In this document: positions 39,901-52,765 of the stretch, piece after piece
How the letters are laid out: every line of letters starts with the position of its first letter
How positions within the stretch are numbered: the first letter of the stretch is position 1
Source: Torpedo marmorata
Taxonomy: Eukaryota
Reading direction: 5' to 3'
Length of the DNA: 64,000 nt
Assembly: GCA_977017645.1 (NCBI GenBank)
Contig: OZ360220.1
Coordinates: 185,690,001-185,754,000 of the forward strand
Made by a program: the position numbers and the translations under genes
Notes under the pieces: generated by a model
Seen by the model: only the letters and a program-made list of their open reading frames with translations
What the model was told of the DNA's origin: nothing
Databases searched by the model: none

Positions 39901-42693
39901 GAGAGTTGCTTCGGCTGATACTAAAGATTACTGGAGAGAGTTGCTTTGGCTGATACTAAAGATTACTGGAGAGAGTTGCTTCGGCTGATACTGAAGATTA
40001 CTGGAGAGAGTTGCTTCGGCTGATACTGAAGATTACTGGAGAGAGTTGCTTCGGCTGATACTAAAGTTTACTGGAGAGAGTTGCTTCGGCTGATACTAAA
40101 GATTACTGGAGAGAGTTGCTTCGGCTGATACTAAAGTTTACTGGAGAGAGTTGCTTCGGCTGATACTAAAGATTACTGGAGAGAGTTGCTTCGGCTGATA
40201 CTAAAGATTACTGGAGAGAGTTGCTTCGGCTGATACTAAAGATTACTGGAGAGAGTTGCTTCGGCTGATACTGAAGATTACTGGAGAGAGTTGCTTCGGC
40301 TGATACTAAAGTTTACTGGAGAGAGTTGCTTCGGCTGATACTAAAGATTACTGGAGAGAGTTGCTTCGGCTGATACTAAAGTTTACTGGAGAGAGTTGCT
40401 TCGGCTGATACTAAAGATTACTGGAGAGAGTTGCTTCGGCTGATACTAAAGATTACTGGAGAGAGTTGCTTCGGCTGATACTAAAGATTACTGGAGAGAG
40501 TTGCTTCGGCTGATACTAAAGATTACTGGAGAGAGTGCTTCGGCTGATACTAAAGATTACTGGAGAGAGTGCTTCGGCTGATACTAAAGATTACTGGAGA
40601 GAGTTGCTTCGGCTGATACTAAAGATTACTGGAGAGAGTTGCTTCCGCTGATACTAAAGATTACTGGAGAGAGTTGCTTCGGCTGATACTAAAGATTACT
40701 GGAGAGAGTTGCTTCGGCTGATACTAAAGATTACTGGAGAGAGTTGCTTCGGCTGATACTAAAGATTACTGGAGAGAGTTGCTTCGGCTGATACTAAAGA
40801 TTACTGGAGAGAGTTGCTTCGGCTGATACTAAAGATTACTGGAGAGAGTTGCTTCGGCTGATACTGAAGATTACTGGAGAGAGTTGCTTCGGCTGATACT
40901 AAAGTTTACTGGAGAGAGTTGCTTCGGCTGATACTAAAGTTTACTGGAGAGAGTTGCTTCGGCTGATACTAAAGATTACTGGAGAGAGTTGCTTCGGCTG
41001 ATACTAAAGATTACTGGAGAGAGTTGCTTCGGCTGATACTAAAGATTACTGGAGAGAGTTGCTTCGGCTGATACTAAAGTTTACTGGAGAGAGTTGCTTC
41101 GGCTGATACTAAAGATTACTGGAGAGAGTTGCTTCGGCTGATACTAAAGATTACTGGAGAGAGTTGCTTCGGCTGATACTAAAGATTACTGGAGAGAGTT
41201 GCTTCGGCTGATACTAAAGATTACTGGAGAGAGTTGCTTCGGCTGATACTAAAGATTACTGGAGAGAGTTGCTTCGGCTGATACTAAAGATTACTGGAGA
41301 GAGTTGCTTCGGCTGATACTAAAGATTACTGGAGAGAGTTGCTTCGGCTGATACTAAAGCTGCCGAAAAGTTCCCAGAAGAACTGAAGAAAATAATCACA
41401 GAAGGTGCTTATTCGCATAATCAAGTGTTCAACTGTGACGAAACTGCAATTTATTGGAAAAAATTGCCGAGCAAGACATTCATTTCAATGGAAGAAAAGC
41501 AGGCTAAGGGACACAAGGCATCGAAGGTCAGGTTTACCCTAATACCTATTATTAACGCCACTGGTGATGCTGTTCTTAGGTCTCTAAAGGTGTAGCATTC
41601 AGAAAATCCGACGGCACTTAAAAGCATTGATAAGTTTACGCTTCCTGTTATGTTTCGTTCACATCCAAGCAGTTGGAATATCCAAGTGATTTTCTCCGAG
41701 TACATAAGTGGATACGTTAGTCCTTTTATTGAAAAATACTGTAGAGAAAATCGCATAGATGATAGGTGACTTGTGATTGTTGATAATTGTGCTGCTCATC
41801 CACCTGGCATTACCGAGATTGGTGGTAACATTTGTGTTGTGTTCTTACAGCCGAATACGACGTCGTTGCTGCAACCATGTGACCAAGGCCTAATAGCCAC
41901 AATTAAGTCTTACTACACGCAAAGTGTGATGCGTTTTATTACAGAGAGGGCAACTCCGAAGCATCTTTGGGAGAGATCTGGAAAGATTACAATATAAAAT
42001 TGGCAATCGGCAACCTTGGAGATGCTCTCGATAGGCTAACAGTCTCGATGAGAAATGGCGTTTGGAGGAAACTGTGTCCCGAAGCAGTGAACGATTTTCA
42101 AGGCTTCGAACCAACAACAATAAATACGAAAATAGCGAATCTGACTAAGGAGGCTGGGTTTGTGGAAGTTGACGAAGATGATGTTGAAGAGGTTTTGGCA
42201 TCCCATGACTAAGAACTGACAGATAAAGACCTGATGCAATTGGAAGAGGAAAGGATACCAATCGAAACTGAACGCAATAGCGAACGGCCCGAAAGTGAAG
42301 TCGTCCAGGAACTGAACGTGAAGCACTTGCGTGCGATTTTTGCCACGATTGACAATGCTGCAATGATTGCAGAAAAGTATGACTTTAATTTTGAAAGGGC
42401 ACGTAGGTTTAGAGCAACTTTGCTGGATGCTTTGAGTGCCTACAAAGAACTGTATGATAGCAAAACGTGTGAGGCTAAGCACTCAAGCATACTGTCATAT
42501 TTCAAGCCTTCCATACCAGCCACAGCAGACGACAAACCTCGACATCGAGGCAGGCAGACATAGAAGGTGTAGATGTTAGTGACCTGACAGATTCAGACGA
42601 CAATGAGATGTCAATAGATGACCCTATTCCTCTCTCTCTTACATCCCAGTCTCCTGTACCTCCCACCACCCCAACCTCCGAAGACTCAGCCTA
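36903..42693 (+). pseudogene. CENP-B/Tigger-like transposase pseudogene (two HTH domains + DDD catalytic domain)
   Basis: KLDIIKRL..LNLPASTIRTI; MESLLFEWI..FKGSHGWFDRF; after the array QVFNCDETAIYWK, IVDNCAAHP, LQPNTTSLLQPCDQG. Multiple stops and frameshifts. Confidence 0.93.
37371..41358. repeat. 35-bp minisatellite/satellite array, 114 units, derived from transposase CDS
   Basis: Unit g(a/t)ttactggagagagttgcttcggctgatact(a/g)aa. 3988 bp = 112x35 + 2x34. Confidence 0.98.
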
Positions 42694-44439
42694 ACTACAC
42701 TGTACATACATTATTTCTACTTTATAGGCTGTGTATTAATGTGTATTAATCATATTGTTCCTGCTTTTAATAAATGTTAGTGTTATTTTATGTTTTGTGT
42801 TATTTGGTATGATTTGGTAGGTTATTTTTTGGGTCTGGGAACGCTCAAAAAATTTTCCCATAGAACTCAATGGTAATCGCTTCTTTGCTTTACGCCATTT
42901 CAGCTTACGAAAGGTTCCGTAGGAACGCTCTAGTTTCGTAAAGCGGGGTATACCTGTTATAGAAATAAGACAAATTAAATTACTTCTCAGTTGCATGCAG
43001 TAGCAAGGGTTTGATGCATGCCTCACATGAAGTTTAACAATTTCCAGGTAATGTTCAACTTTCACCATCAGCATATGCCAGCAGGTAGCTGGTCTTCCAT
43101 CACTGCTAAAGGTAAATGTAAGAACATCCAAAATAGTCCATTAAATCATTTGATTTGACAAATTGTCTAATATTTTCTTTCGGACCCTCCAAGTTAACGT
43201 CACAAAGTTAACATGCAGCTCCCTTGTGCTGTTCCCTTACTCTTGATGTCATCCGATTGATGGAAGGTGGCCCCTCATGTTTTAGAATTGTCCTGCGGCT
43301 TCTTTGCTATGGACTAGCCTGTCCTATCACTGATCTTGCATGGTTTCAATAGTCAAGTTCAACTAGCTTTTAAAACGTAATTTTGAACAGTCTCTGGTGT
43401 GCAGTTTGCAAAATAAAATTGGATTTTCTCTCTCCACTAATTTCTATAGACTTTTTAAAATTCTGTACACTGTATGGTATTTATTTGCTCTTTCTTTACT
43501 TTCAATTTCATATGGAAGTTTTTTTTTAAACAAATGAGAGCAAATGAAAGAAATGCACTTAAGCAGTTGCTTCCAAGTGAATAAAGTGGGTTGGGAAAGA
43601 GTGATACAGAAATTATTTTTGCACCCTTTGGCTCAACAAGATATTCCTGAGAAGCAAAAGCATGTACAAAATAAATGAATGCTAAATTATGAGAACAGGT
43701 TTCTCTTCAATTATGAGTCAATGGGACTTTACTCAGTATTGAAAATGCATTTGAGAAGAACCAAAGAGGTATACATTAAGATTTATTGTGGAACACATAA
43801 TCTTTGATAATGGCTAAGCCTGTTAGAATCATGTAGCTTTGCACAGAGCAATGCAGGAACAAAACCTGGACAACTATACAGAATGAGACTTGTCTGAATA
43901 AGGATACGCGAGGAAATGTAAAATGTGACGAATTCAAGATTGAAAAGGGGAAATCTGGTATCTGCTACCAGCTCTAACACAACTACAATTAATTTTTGGG
44001 AGCTACAGTTCAAATTCCTTCTGCAGCCTTAACCAATAAAGCTAACAACTAGCATAATAATTATGGTCCATATTTATAAAGTCTGGTCTGTGCCCTCTTC
44101 CTTGACCTCAACAATCTTGTTTGCCTTCATGAACATCTCCACTCAGTCTATGCACAAGGTGGATGGCCAAACTTGCTCAAACCTTTCGAACTCTCCGACA
44201 TATCCAACACATCCACTGCCTTCCATCATCACTGCTCCATTTCGAGAATCCTGTTCTTTATTCCATAAGGCCATTCTTCTGCTGCTCCCTTAGGCAGAAA
44301 CATCCCAAACACGAAATGGATGGATCGTCAGGAGGTTTCTTTGTTTTGCTGCTTACTTACACAAATTAATGAAAGTGGAGTTATAAATGAACACCCTTTA
44401 TAAAAGGAAGTAACTCCCAAACAAAAAGCTGCATCAGGT

Positions 44440-45190
44440 GCAACAAGGTGTCAAAGTCATGCTACACTCATTTCTAAAGGGTGCCCATACCCTGCAGAAA
44501 TATTTGTTGGTGGCAATATACTGGAGTTGTGAGGGGTGGTGCAGGATGGTTTAGTGACGGGTGGTGGGTGAGAACAAGGTGAACACCATCAGGGTTTTTG
44601 GAAGGACTTACAGCAGAACTGGGAGAAATACAACAGGCTCAATCATGGGAACCGCAGATAACCTGAGTGCAGGGAAGTCTTCATTGAGGGAAAAGGATAC
44701 AATGGCATCTACAGATCAGGTGTGACAGAGACAGAGAAAGCTGAATAGACTGGACAGCACAGGTGGAATGAAATGTAGTTGAGGTAGCTGTGGGAGACAG
44801 TGGAGTTGAGGTGAATGCTGACCACTAACAAACCCCTCGAAATGGAAGTGAGGAGCCAGAGATGCAGTGTGGGAAGAGTGGGGTTAGGGTGAAAAGTGCA
44901 AAGAAAGATAATGAATTTTTCCAAGTTGAAGTGAGAACAAATAAAAACTGCACATGTACAGTCATTGACAGGAGTATAAATGCGATAAGGGGTGGACACC
45001 TTGTTAGAACTATGGTTGTTTCAGGTATCTCACGAAAAGATGACCAGAACGGGGATGACTGCATCTCCTAAATGGAGGAAATGAGCAGATTTGAAGGAAA
45101 AGTCATTCAATATGAGGGGACGAGTAAAGGGGGCTGATGGGTCCTCTGTTTAAAGTAGAAGTGAAGGACCCTCAGTCTGCCCTGACAGGA
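44440..45190 (-). mobile_element. Highly decayed Penelope-like RT fragment
   Basis: Purine-rich plus strand resembling 21300-21950 (ggtggaatgaaatgtagttgaggtagctgtgggag.., gtcattgacaggagta). Confidence 0.5.
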
Positions 45191-46244
45191 TACCAAAATG
45201 TTCAATAAAACTAACTTTCTTCAAGGTCATTCTAATTATATCTTATCAATGTTGTACTGAAGCTAAATATAAGCCTTCATCACATGCCAAAAATTGCCTC
45301 TGGATGTCTCAAAGACATATACCAAAAGATACCCTTGTCAGACTGAAAAATGTTAGATTTCATGAAATCCTACGTTTTTTTTAGTTATACAGACGGAATA
45401 AATCATGAATAGTTTTAAAATCTGCATATGCACATGAATGTGGAGAACCATTAGTGTATTTATCAGAGGCAAGGGAATTATTCTTGTAAAAAATATTTTC
45501 ACACTCTGGCTGCACAAGTCTTTCACACTTGCACATCAAAATGCAAAACAAGGTTAATTAACTACAAATGTATGAATTTTTTAATTCATCTTTTTAAATT
45601 GTTACATATGTGAAACCAGCTGCCAGGACCATTGCACAAATTAAGCTATTTAAGACATTTGCAGCCTTACAATCTAATCATTGCCCTGTTTAGTTTTAGA
45701 TAAATGCCGTAAATGGATGTTAATGAAATGCACTAATTTGAGTTCTATTCACTGATGCTGCTAAAGTGTCATCTTCTTTCACTCGCAAATGTTTTCTGCA
45801 AATTTCCTTGAATCAGAAATGGAGGACAAACTTGAGCAAGAGATTGTAGATAGCAAGTATTGCTGAACATCTAATTTAGCAGTATATTCAAATGGAGCAC
45901 AATGGCAATATTGGAACTAGGTGTACATAAATCACGTCCTCAAAAGTCTTTGTGGAATCAAATCATATTAGGAACATAAGAAATAAGAAAAATAATAGAA
46001 ATCAGCCATACTTTTCACTAAAACTATGGCTGTTCTTGTTGATGTAAACTCCAATTTCCAGCCAAACATCAGAAACTGCAATTCTCCTGTAGTCCAAAAA
46101 TGCACCCAATTCAGTCTTGAATGCACTTAACAAGAGAGCACACTGCCCTCAGTGGAAGTAAATCCTAAAGATTCACAATTCCCTTAAGAGAAAGATTTTC
46201 TTTCACATCTCAATCATAAACAGGAAACTCTTTATCAAACAATG

Positions 46245-46914
46245 GAGTTAAATAAGAAAATCTGCAGATGATGTGATTGTAGTTTACACAGAAATGCTGG
46301 TGAAACTCAGCAACTCACACAACGTTCTTTATGTAACAAAGATAAAGATACATAACCAATGATTCGGGCTTGAGCCCTTCTCCAAGGTATGAGCAAAAAG
46401 CAGGCAGATACCTGAATAAAATGGTGATTCATTCAGGCACCTGCCTGCTTTTTGCTCATACCTTGATGAAGGGCTCAGGCCATCATGTCACTCCATCGAG
46501 GACATTTACACGAGGAGGTGTCTTAAAAAAGAAGCCTCTATCCTCAAAGACCCCCACCACCCAGGCCATGCCCTCTTCACTCTGCTACCATCAGGAAAAA
46601 GGTACAGGAGCCTAAAGTCGAGCACTCAACGGCACAAGGACAGCTTCTTCCCCGCTGCCATCAGATTTCTAAATAATCAATGAACCAAAGACACTGTCTT
46701 ACTTTTCGTGCACTATTATTTTTTTTTTATATAGTAATGTCGTAAGATGGTTATAATATGAATATTTGCACTATGATGCTGCCACAAAACACTGAATTTC
46801 ATGACTTGTTCATGACAATAAATTCTGATTCTGAAACGTTGGTCATGTATCTTTATCTTTGCTACATAAAGAATGCTGTGTGACTTGCTGAGTTTCGCCA
46901 GCATTTTTGTGTAA
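46245..46914. mobile_element. Penelope pLTR-only fold-back with TSD, same family as 20492-23039
   Basis: Inverted arms centred near 46420, a hammerhead motif on each arm, and TSD tctttatcaaac at 46229-46240 and 46915-46926. Confidence 0.88.
46482..46832 (+). mobile_element. Rex1/Babar 3' fragment inserted into the pLTR hammerhead
   Basis: KDPHHPGHALFTLLPSGKRYRSL motif, ending gacaataaattctgattctga. It interrupts gggctcaggcc|..|tgaaacgtt. Confidence 0.88.
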
Positions 46915-48085
46915 TCTTTATCAAACTATGCTCCCTAGTTCTAGATTCCCCTGCCAGGACACTATTGGTTGCCAGTAACAAGCACTCTCAGATCCTTAAA
47001 TATCTGTCAGTCACTTCTTATCCTATAAATTCCATGGAGATATGGTCCCATTTTATTCAATCTTTTCTCATAAGGCTACTCCTATCCACAGGATCAATCC
47101 AGTGAACAAACTGGCAAATGTATCCTTCCTTGAACAAGGAGTCCAAAACTGTATGTCATATTCCAGGCAGGAACTCACCAAAGTTCTATGCAGTTGTAGC
47201 AAGATTTCCCTCCTTTTGTATTCCATGCCTCTTATAATAAGGGTAACATTCCATTTGTTTTCCTAAAAAAATGTCATATCACGATATTTCAGTGTTTGTT
47301 TTCATAGAAGGACCATGTGAAATCTATGAATAGCTACATCCTCAGGCCATTTTATATTTTGCTTTTCTCATCTTTCTACAAAAATGGATTACCTCACATT
47401 TCCTTACACTGTTGTCCTTTGGCATCATTTTATCCAGCTATGAAAATCAATATCCTATTGCAAACTTATTGTGACCTCCTCTCAACTTTCTATAGGACCC
47501 ATCTTTGCAAACTTTACTGAAGTCAATAATATAAACTGCAAACTGTTGAGGTACCAACATGGTCATCATGGCCAAAAATTCTTACAATTCAGTAATCTGG
47601 AAGAACTTATTTATCCCTACTCATAGTTTTCTGTCACTTGACTGAACTCTTATCTTACGTGACATCTTCTTGAATGCTCTTTGAAAATCTAAATGCACTA
47701 CATCCACTGCTTCTCCTTTATCTGTGTTACATCCTCAAAGAAATTTAATAGATACATTCAATAGAAAGCCATGCTGAATTCAGACAAATTGTATTATGAT
47801 TTCTTCAGTGCTTACCATTGCTTTAATAATGAACTCCAGCACTTTTCCAACAGCAGATAAAAGGTGACAAATTCTCTGCTTTCTCTCTTTTTTTCTTGAA
47901 TAGGGCCTTACATCTGCAGTTTTACCCAATCTGCTGGGATCTTTCCAGAATCTTGGAGATTTTGAAAGACCAGATTGTTGCCTCCACTATCTCGGCAGCT
48001 ACTTCCTTTAGAACCTTGGCATGTGTGGACCATCCCTTCCAGTAGATCTTTCAGTTCTGGACCCCATGGTTTCCCTTGTACTTTT

Positions 48086-48350
48086 TCAAGATTCAAGATT
48101 CCTTTATTGTCATGTAATAAAGACATATGACACGGAATTTGTTTTTGTCTGCCGTAAGGCAGAAAGATTCGCTATCGGCAGAAATTGCCTGAAGCGCCTC
48201 TTAAAGTCAGAGAAAGAGAAGCAAAAGAGAGTCCCCTCAGTGTCACCGCGTACCCGTGGATTCACCTCCAGTGCTGCCGCAACCCCTGCAGCCACACAGA
48301 GTCCAGTCCAAACCAATAGCAGCCTGAGCTCCAGGTCTGAACCTCCGACA
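48086..48350 (-). mobile_element. Non-LTR 3' end with AATCTTG tail (same family as 19745-19936)
   Basis: caagattcaagattcctttattgtcat..gcagaaagattcgc..gagaagcaaaagagagtcccc. Confidence 0.65.
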
Positions 48351-51300
48351 CGATCTTTTCCTGATACTAAAGATTGCATTTGCCCCTTAAGGTCCATTTT
48401 GGTGTACGTTAGGTGTTTTTCTTTTGAAGTTGGATGCAACATAATACTCTAAGATCTCCACTTCTTTTTCTTATTCACCTCTATCAATTCATCTGCCTGA
48501 GCTTTGAAGGGAATGATATTGCCTTCCATTATCAAAAGTCTGTCTACAGAACAGGAAATTAAGTGTAATATTGCACAGCTTTGCATCTGGTTCTGCAAGG
48601 AAGCCTCTGACCAGTTGGTACGTTTGTCCTCCAAATGTAGCCGCCACTTCTGAGAGAACTCTGTGAGATCAGAATTACAAGTGGCATGACAATGAGTGTC
48701 GAGTGCAGAAATGGGTTCTTCGGCTCACCACACCCATACTGACCTTTTTAACCATCTACATTCATTCTATTTGCCTGCATTAGGACCATTTCCTTCAATG
48801 CCTTCAGAAGAGGCAATAGAAAAGTGGGGAGGGGTGATCTTTGATCATCTGTTGCCTTCACACATGAGCACCACTGATTCATGCTATTCTTCCTCTTCTG
48901 AATCAAGAGAGCCCTCTGATGTGTTTGTGTCTGGTCTCATGCTCACTTAAAATGTCAGTTATGTTGCCGCTACTGCTGCGAAGAGAAGATTTTCTGTGAA
49001 AAAGATCCAGCTTGAGAAGGTGCTGCATCTGTACAAGACAGTGGCACACACATCAATGTGCACAGTGAGGGTTCATTTGTTCATGCATAGGCAGCAGAGG
49101 TTAGATGATGTGGTCCACCATAGTCACTGCTTCTCAAGAACTCATGTGAATGTATAGCTCTGACGCATTATGTACATAAACTGTCCTTTCCATAACAACT
49201 TTGAGAGAATATATGAAAACTGACTGACAACCTCCAGGCTTTCAGTTTTATGTCACAATATCTCGACTTACAATTTCCTCATTTATGGTGATTCATTTTC
49301 TCTTCCCCTAAATCCTGCTCTGCTAACTATGAACTACAAGATAAATTACACGAGGCAGTGTTCCTAGCCTGTTGGGACAGCCAATAGGAAGTCAGTTCAC
49401 CTCATTCTTAGTTCACCCAAATTCCTTGATTATTATTATAATGGCAGTTACTATAAATCAGCAATTCTGAGAAGTGGGTTCAACCACCATGCTAAGAACT
49501 CTCCACTCTCCACCTTGCCCAAAAGAGGCACTGTTTCCAAAGCACTAACTTGTTAAACTTTGTCTAAATACACTAACATCAAATCCTTGAATTCAATTAC
49601 ATGAATTTTGAGAAGCTATTGCAATTATCTTCAGAAAGAGTACAACATTGTTAATTTTCAGCTCTTGACTATGTGTTCATTTTCTGGGATGTAGGCAAGG
49701 CCAGGAAGACCACAATTTACTGCTCATCCCCCAAGTACACATGCAAAGAGTGGTGAGCTACCTTTTCCTCCCAGAGTTGTCGTTGTGCCAATAGTACTCT
49801 CATGCTGCGAGTGAATTGGGAGTTCTGGGAAAGATGAAGGAACGCCCTGGTTTTCCAAGTTAGAATGGCATATGACTAGAAGGATCTGTGCCAGTGCTGG
49901 TGTTTTCTATGTCCCTGTTTACCATTCATTGCATCTGAAATCTTCATCTGGTCCAAACTTTTGATCAAAGCTTTGTGTGAGATGCTACATTTTCTTCCTG
50001 CACGTTGGTTTCCTGCGTTGATTTCAGTTTTGGACATGATCATTTGTAAATAGCTTCATAGGAAACTCAACTACATCGCCTTTCCACTTCTGAACAAAAT
50101 GATACACCCTGCACTTTTATCAGCTATGACTGTTAATTTACACAACGCATCTGGTTACTTGGCTAGTTTAGCAACATTCCTGCAGATACTTTCCAACAGA
50201 CCTTTCAAACATCACACCCTAAAGCACCTAAGCCTTCACAAATGAAGTTGACTACAAAAGGTAGAATGGCAATTATTGTTATTTTTCCTTGATAAGGTAT
50301 AAACTGTCAATTATGGAAGCCAGAAACTTAACCACAGTGTTAATTTTAAAGACAATGCTTCAACTTCTCAACTTTAAAATCAATCATTAGATTGATCAAA
50401 GCCAAACAGAAAAATAAATTTGGCAAAAATGACACCAAAGAACAAAATAAACTCATTTATCTAATTTGTCAGAACAAAACTGTATAACCCATGGGAAGCC
50501 TATTCTGTTTATAATTCAAAGGCATTCACAGAGCACAAAAGCACTCTTTATGATATTGAATACTCAAGATGTAGAACTTGAAAAAATGTTCACTGCTCAG
50601 TGTTTCTTTGCAATCTTGACAGCAGTCAAAGTTTTTGCCATGAACGATGTAAACGTAATTCAAAAATTTAGAATAATGATTTATATGTACAGGGTTTTCT
50701 TAAGTGTTTATTTTCATTCAATCACATCACTGTATTAGGTTTACCAAAGGAAAGTAAAGATTACATTTATAAGTTTTTGTAATATATTGTGTACTCATTA
50801 TCCAAGTTATATGCTTCACTTCTGTACAAATTATTTTAGAAAAGAGTGCTGTGTAGTGGGGCAACATGCAAATACCCATTATTTTTCAGAGGAGACAGCT
50901 TTAATTTAATTTGCTCAAGGACCACATTTGCTGGATTTTCAAGGAAGCCACCTCTGCGACTGGAATCCCTAATTAGCTCAGAGTGAAATCTGCATCCCAA
51001 TTGCTGTATGGCTAGATATTTCCACTGATATTTTCTTCTGTAATCCATTTCCCAGGCACAACTAGTAATGCAAAGATTGCGCCTTCAGAACAGCCTTCAC
51101 ACTGTGCTGGGCAATATTAGTGTTGTATTCTGAATTATGTTTCATGCTCCTCCTATCCTATCCCCCACACAGCCTCTGCCAAAGTCATCTGACAGGAAAC
51201 TAAAGATTAAGTTTGCCCTACTGAAGAGAACAAAGAACCCACAGAGCAGTGAACCAGTTTACTGCAGAGTGCAAACTTTCTAATCCACCCCAAATCTTGG

Positions 51301-52424
51301 GATTTTCTGGAAAGTGTTAATGCAATGTTGTTTCAATGCTTCACTATTTTGTCTGTGGATCATCTTTCGACACTTTAGCATTTACACCCACCATTTCCAT
51401 AAAGGTTAACTTGAAGCACCAAACATAATCATGTGGAAAATAGACTTTATTGATTGCTATGGTCTATTGTTCCCCTTTTTTAAGTCCCTGTAGTTCAAAT
51501 CCAATCTGGAATTACATCATGTCTGGTTTCCCCTGGTTACCAGACAGCTTGCGACGTGACCATGATCAGAGAGAAACAAATAATCATCTTCATGTATCAA
51601 CTTTTCATCTACTCAAATGTAAACTTTTTATCCACAAGGACACCTGAAGTATACACTGCAGTCACTTTATGGATTATAGTCTAAATTAGATTATCTAATG
51701 GTTTCTTTATGGATTTTAATCCACTCACATTGCATATCTGGGTTTTTCAGATTAAAATTCCTGGGAAGAGTAACTACAAAAATATATTTACCTCTGTGAA
51801 AATTTGATAGATTCATCTGCATTATTCAGATAGGATAAGTACAGCAAGGTTCTTGGCTGCAGGTTTATTTTAAAAAAAACAATCATTGTTAATTTGCTTT
51901 TTCCTCATACAAAGAATTAACAATTTTTTCTCGTTGCTCTTTCTATCAAGTAAAAAAAGTTCAGCTAATCTAAATTACAGTGCTATGGAAAATAAAAGTA
52001 GGAATAGGTCATTTAGTCTGATTTTTTCCCAAAGACTTTGATTCAAGAATACTAAGCAATCATTTGAGTCTTTCACATACAGTTATCGAGTTAAACATCC
52101 TTCTTCAGCGTCCAGTCTGAAACAGCTGTTTCACTGTAAGTTTAATGTAAGTTACCGCAGTAACATAAACTTATGGCAGGAAGTGCTGACCCAGTGTATT
52201 TGCCAGGATGGTCAAACAGAAACATTTTTTTTTTCAAGAAGAGGGAAAGAAATAAGCGTATTGATGCTACATGTAAAAGGATTAACCTCTTGAGTACTGA
52301 ATTTCAATTTTTTTCATTCAGCTGTGCACATTTCTGCTTCCCATTCCCCAATATCTAAAAAACCATTAGATTTTTGACCAATCAGAAATCTAGAGATTAA
52401 CAATGAACCATAGGCAATGAAATT

Positions 52425-52765
52425 TATGGAACTAATAGAACAGTACCGCACAGGAACAGGCCCTTCAGCGAACATGATCCCAAATTAAATGAAATCTCTG
52501 CTGTCTGTCCATGATCCATATCCCTCCATTCTCTGAATATTCATATGTCCATCTGCAAGCCTCTTAAATGCTACTCTTGTGCCCGCTTCCACCACTACCC
52601 CTGGCAGCCCGTGCCAGGCACCCACCACTCTCTGTGTAAAAAACGTGCCCCGCACATCTCCTAAAACTATCCCAATCTCACCGTAAATGCATGTCCTCTG
52701 GAATTCGTCACTTCCACCCTGGCAAAAAGACTCTGGCTGTCTACCCTATCTACGCCTCATAACTT
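52425..52765 (-). mobile_element. CR1 3' fragment
   Basis: gaacagtaccgcacaggaacaggccctt..ccaggcacccaccactctctgtgtaaaaaac..tctaccctatctacgcctcataac. Confidence 0.8.

Larger units (their letters stand above)
36648..42956 (+). mobile_element. Tigger/pogo-family DNA transposon (formerly autonomous), interrupted by a 4-kb tandem array
   Basis: 22-bp TIRs CAGGTACACCCCACTTTACGAA / TTCGTAAAGCGGGGTATACCTG (2 mismatches), with TA on the left. Transposase fragments lie throughout. Confidence 0.95.
45970..48070 (-). mobile_element. Old CR1 fragment hosting nested insertions
   Basis: gaacataagaaataag 3' end, and decayed RT sequence (ccaaaactgt..tattccagg..tcaccaa; LQDSGKIPADW). Confidence 0.7.

Noticed and set aside
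37371-41358. CRISPR-like array (35-bp repeats)
   Set aside because: Units are head-to-tail with no spacers, the context is eukaryotic, there are no cas genes, and the unit is transposase CDS.
37371-41358. CENP-B box in the unit (cTTCGgctgAtaCtaa)
   Set aside because: It matches TTCG-N4-A-N2-C but lacks the essential GGG; most likely coincidence.
36903-42693. Read-through transposase with a repetitive insert (net array length preserves frame)
   Set aside because: The 35-bp unit cycles through frames containing TGA/TAA, and the flanks have independent stops and frameshifts.
48900-49140. Possible decayed PIF/Harbinger nuclease remnant (also 62200-63400)
   Set aside because: Resemblance too faint to support without a profile search.
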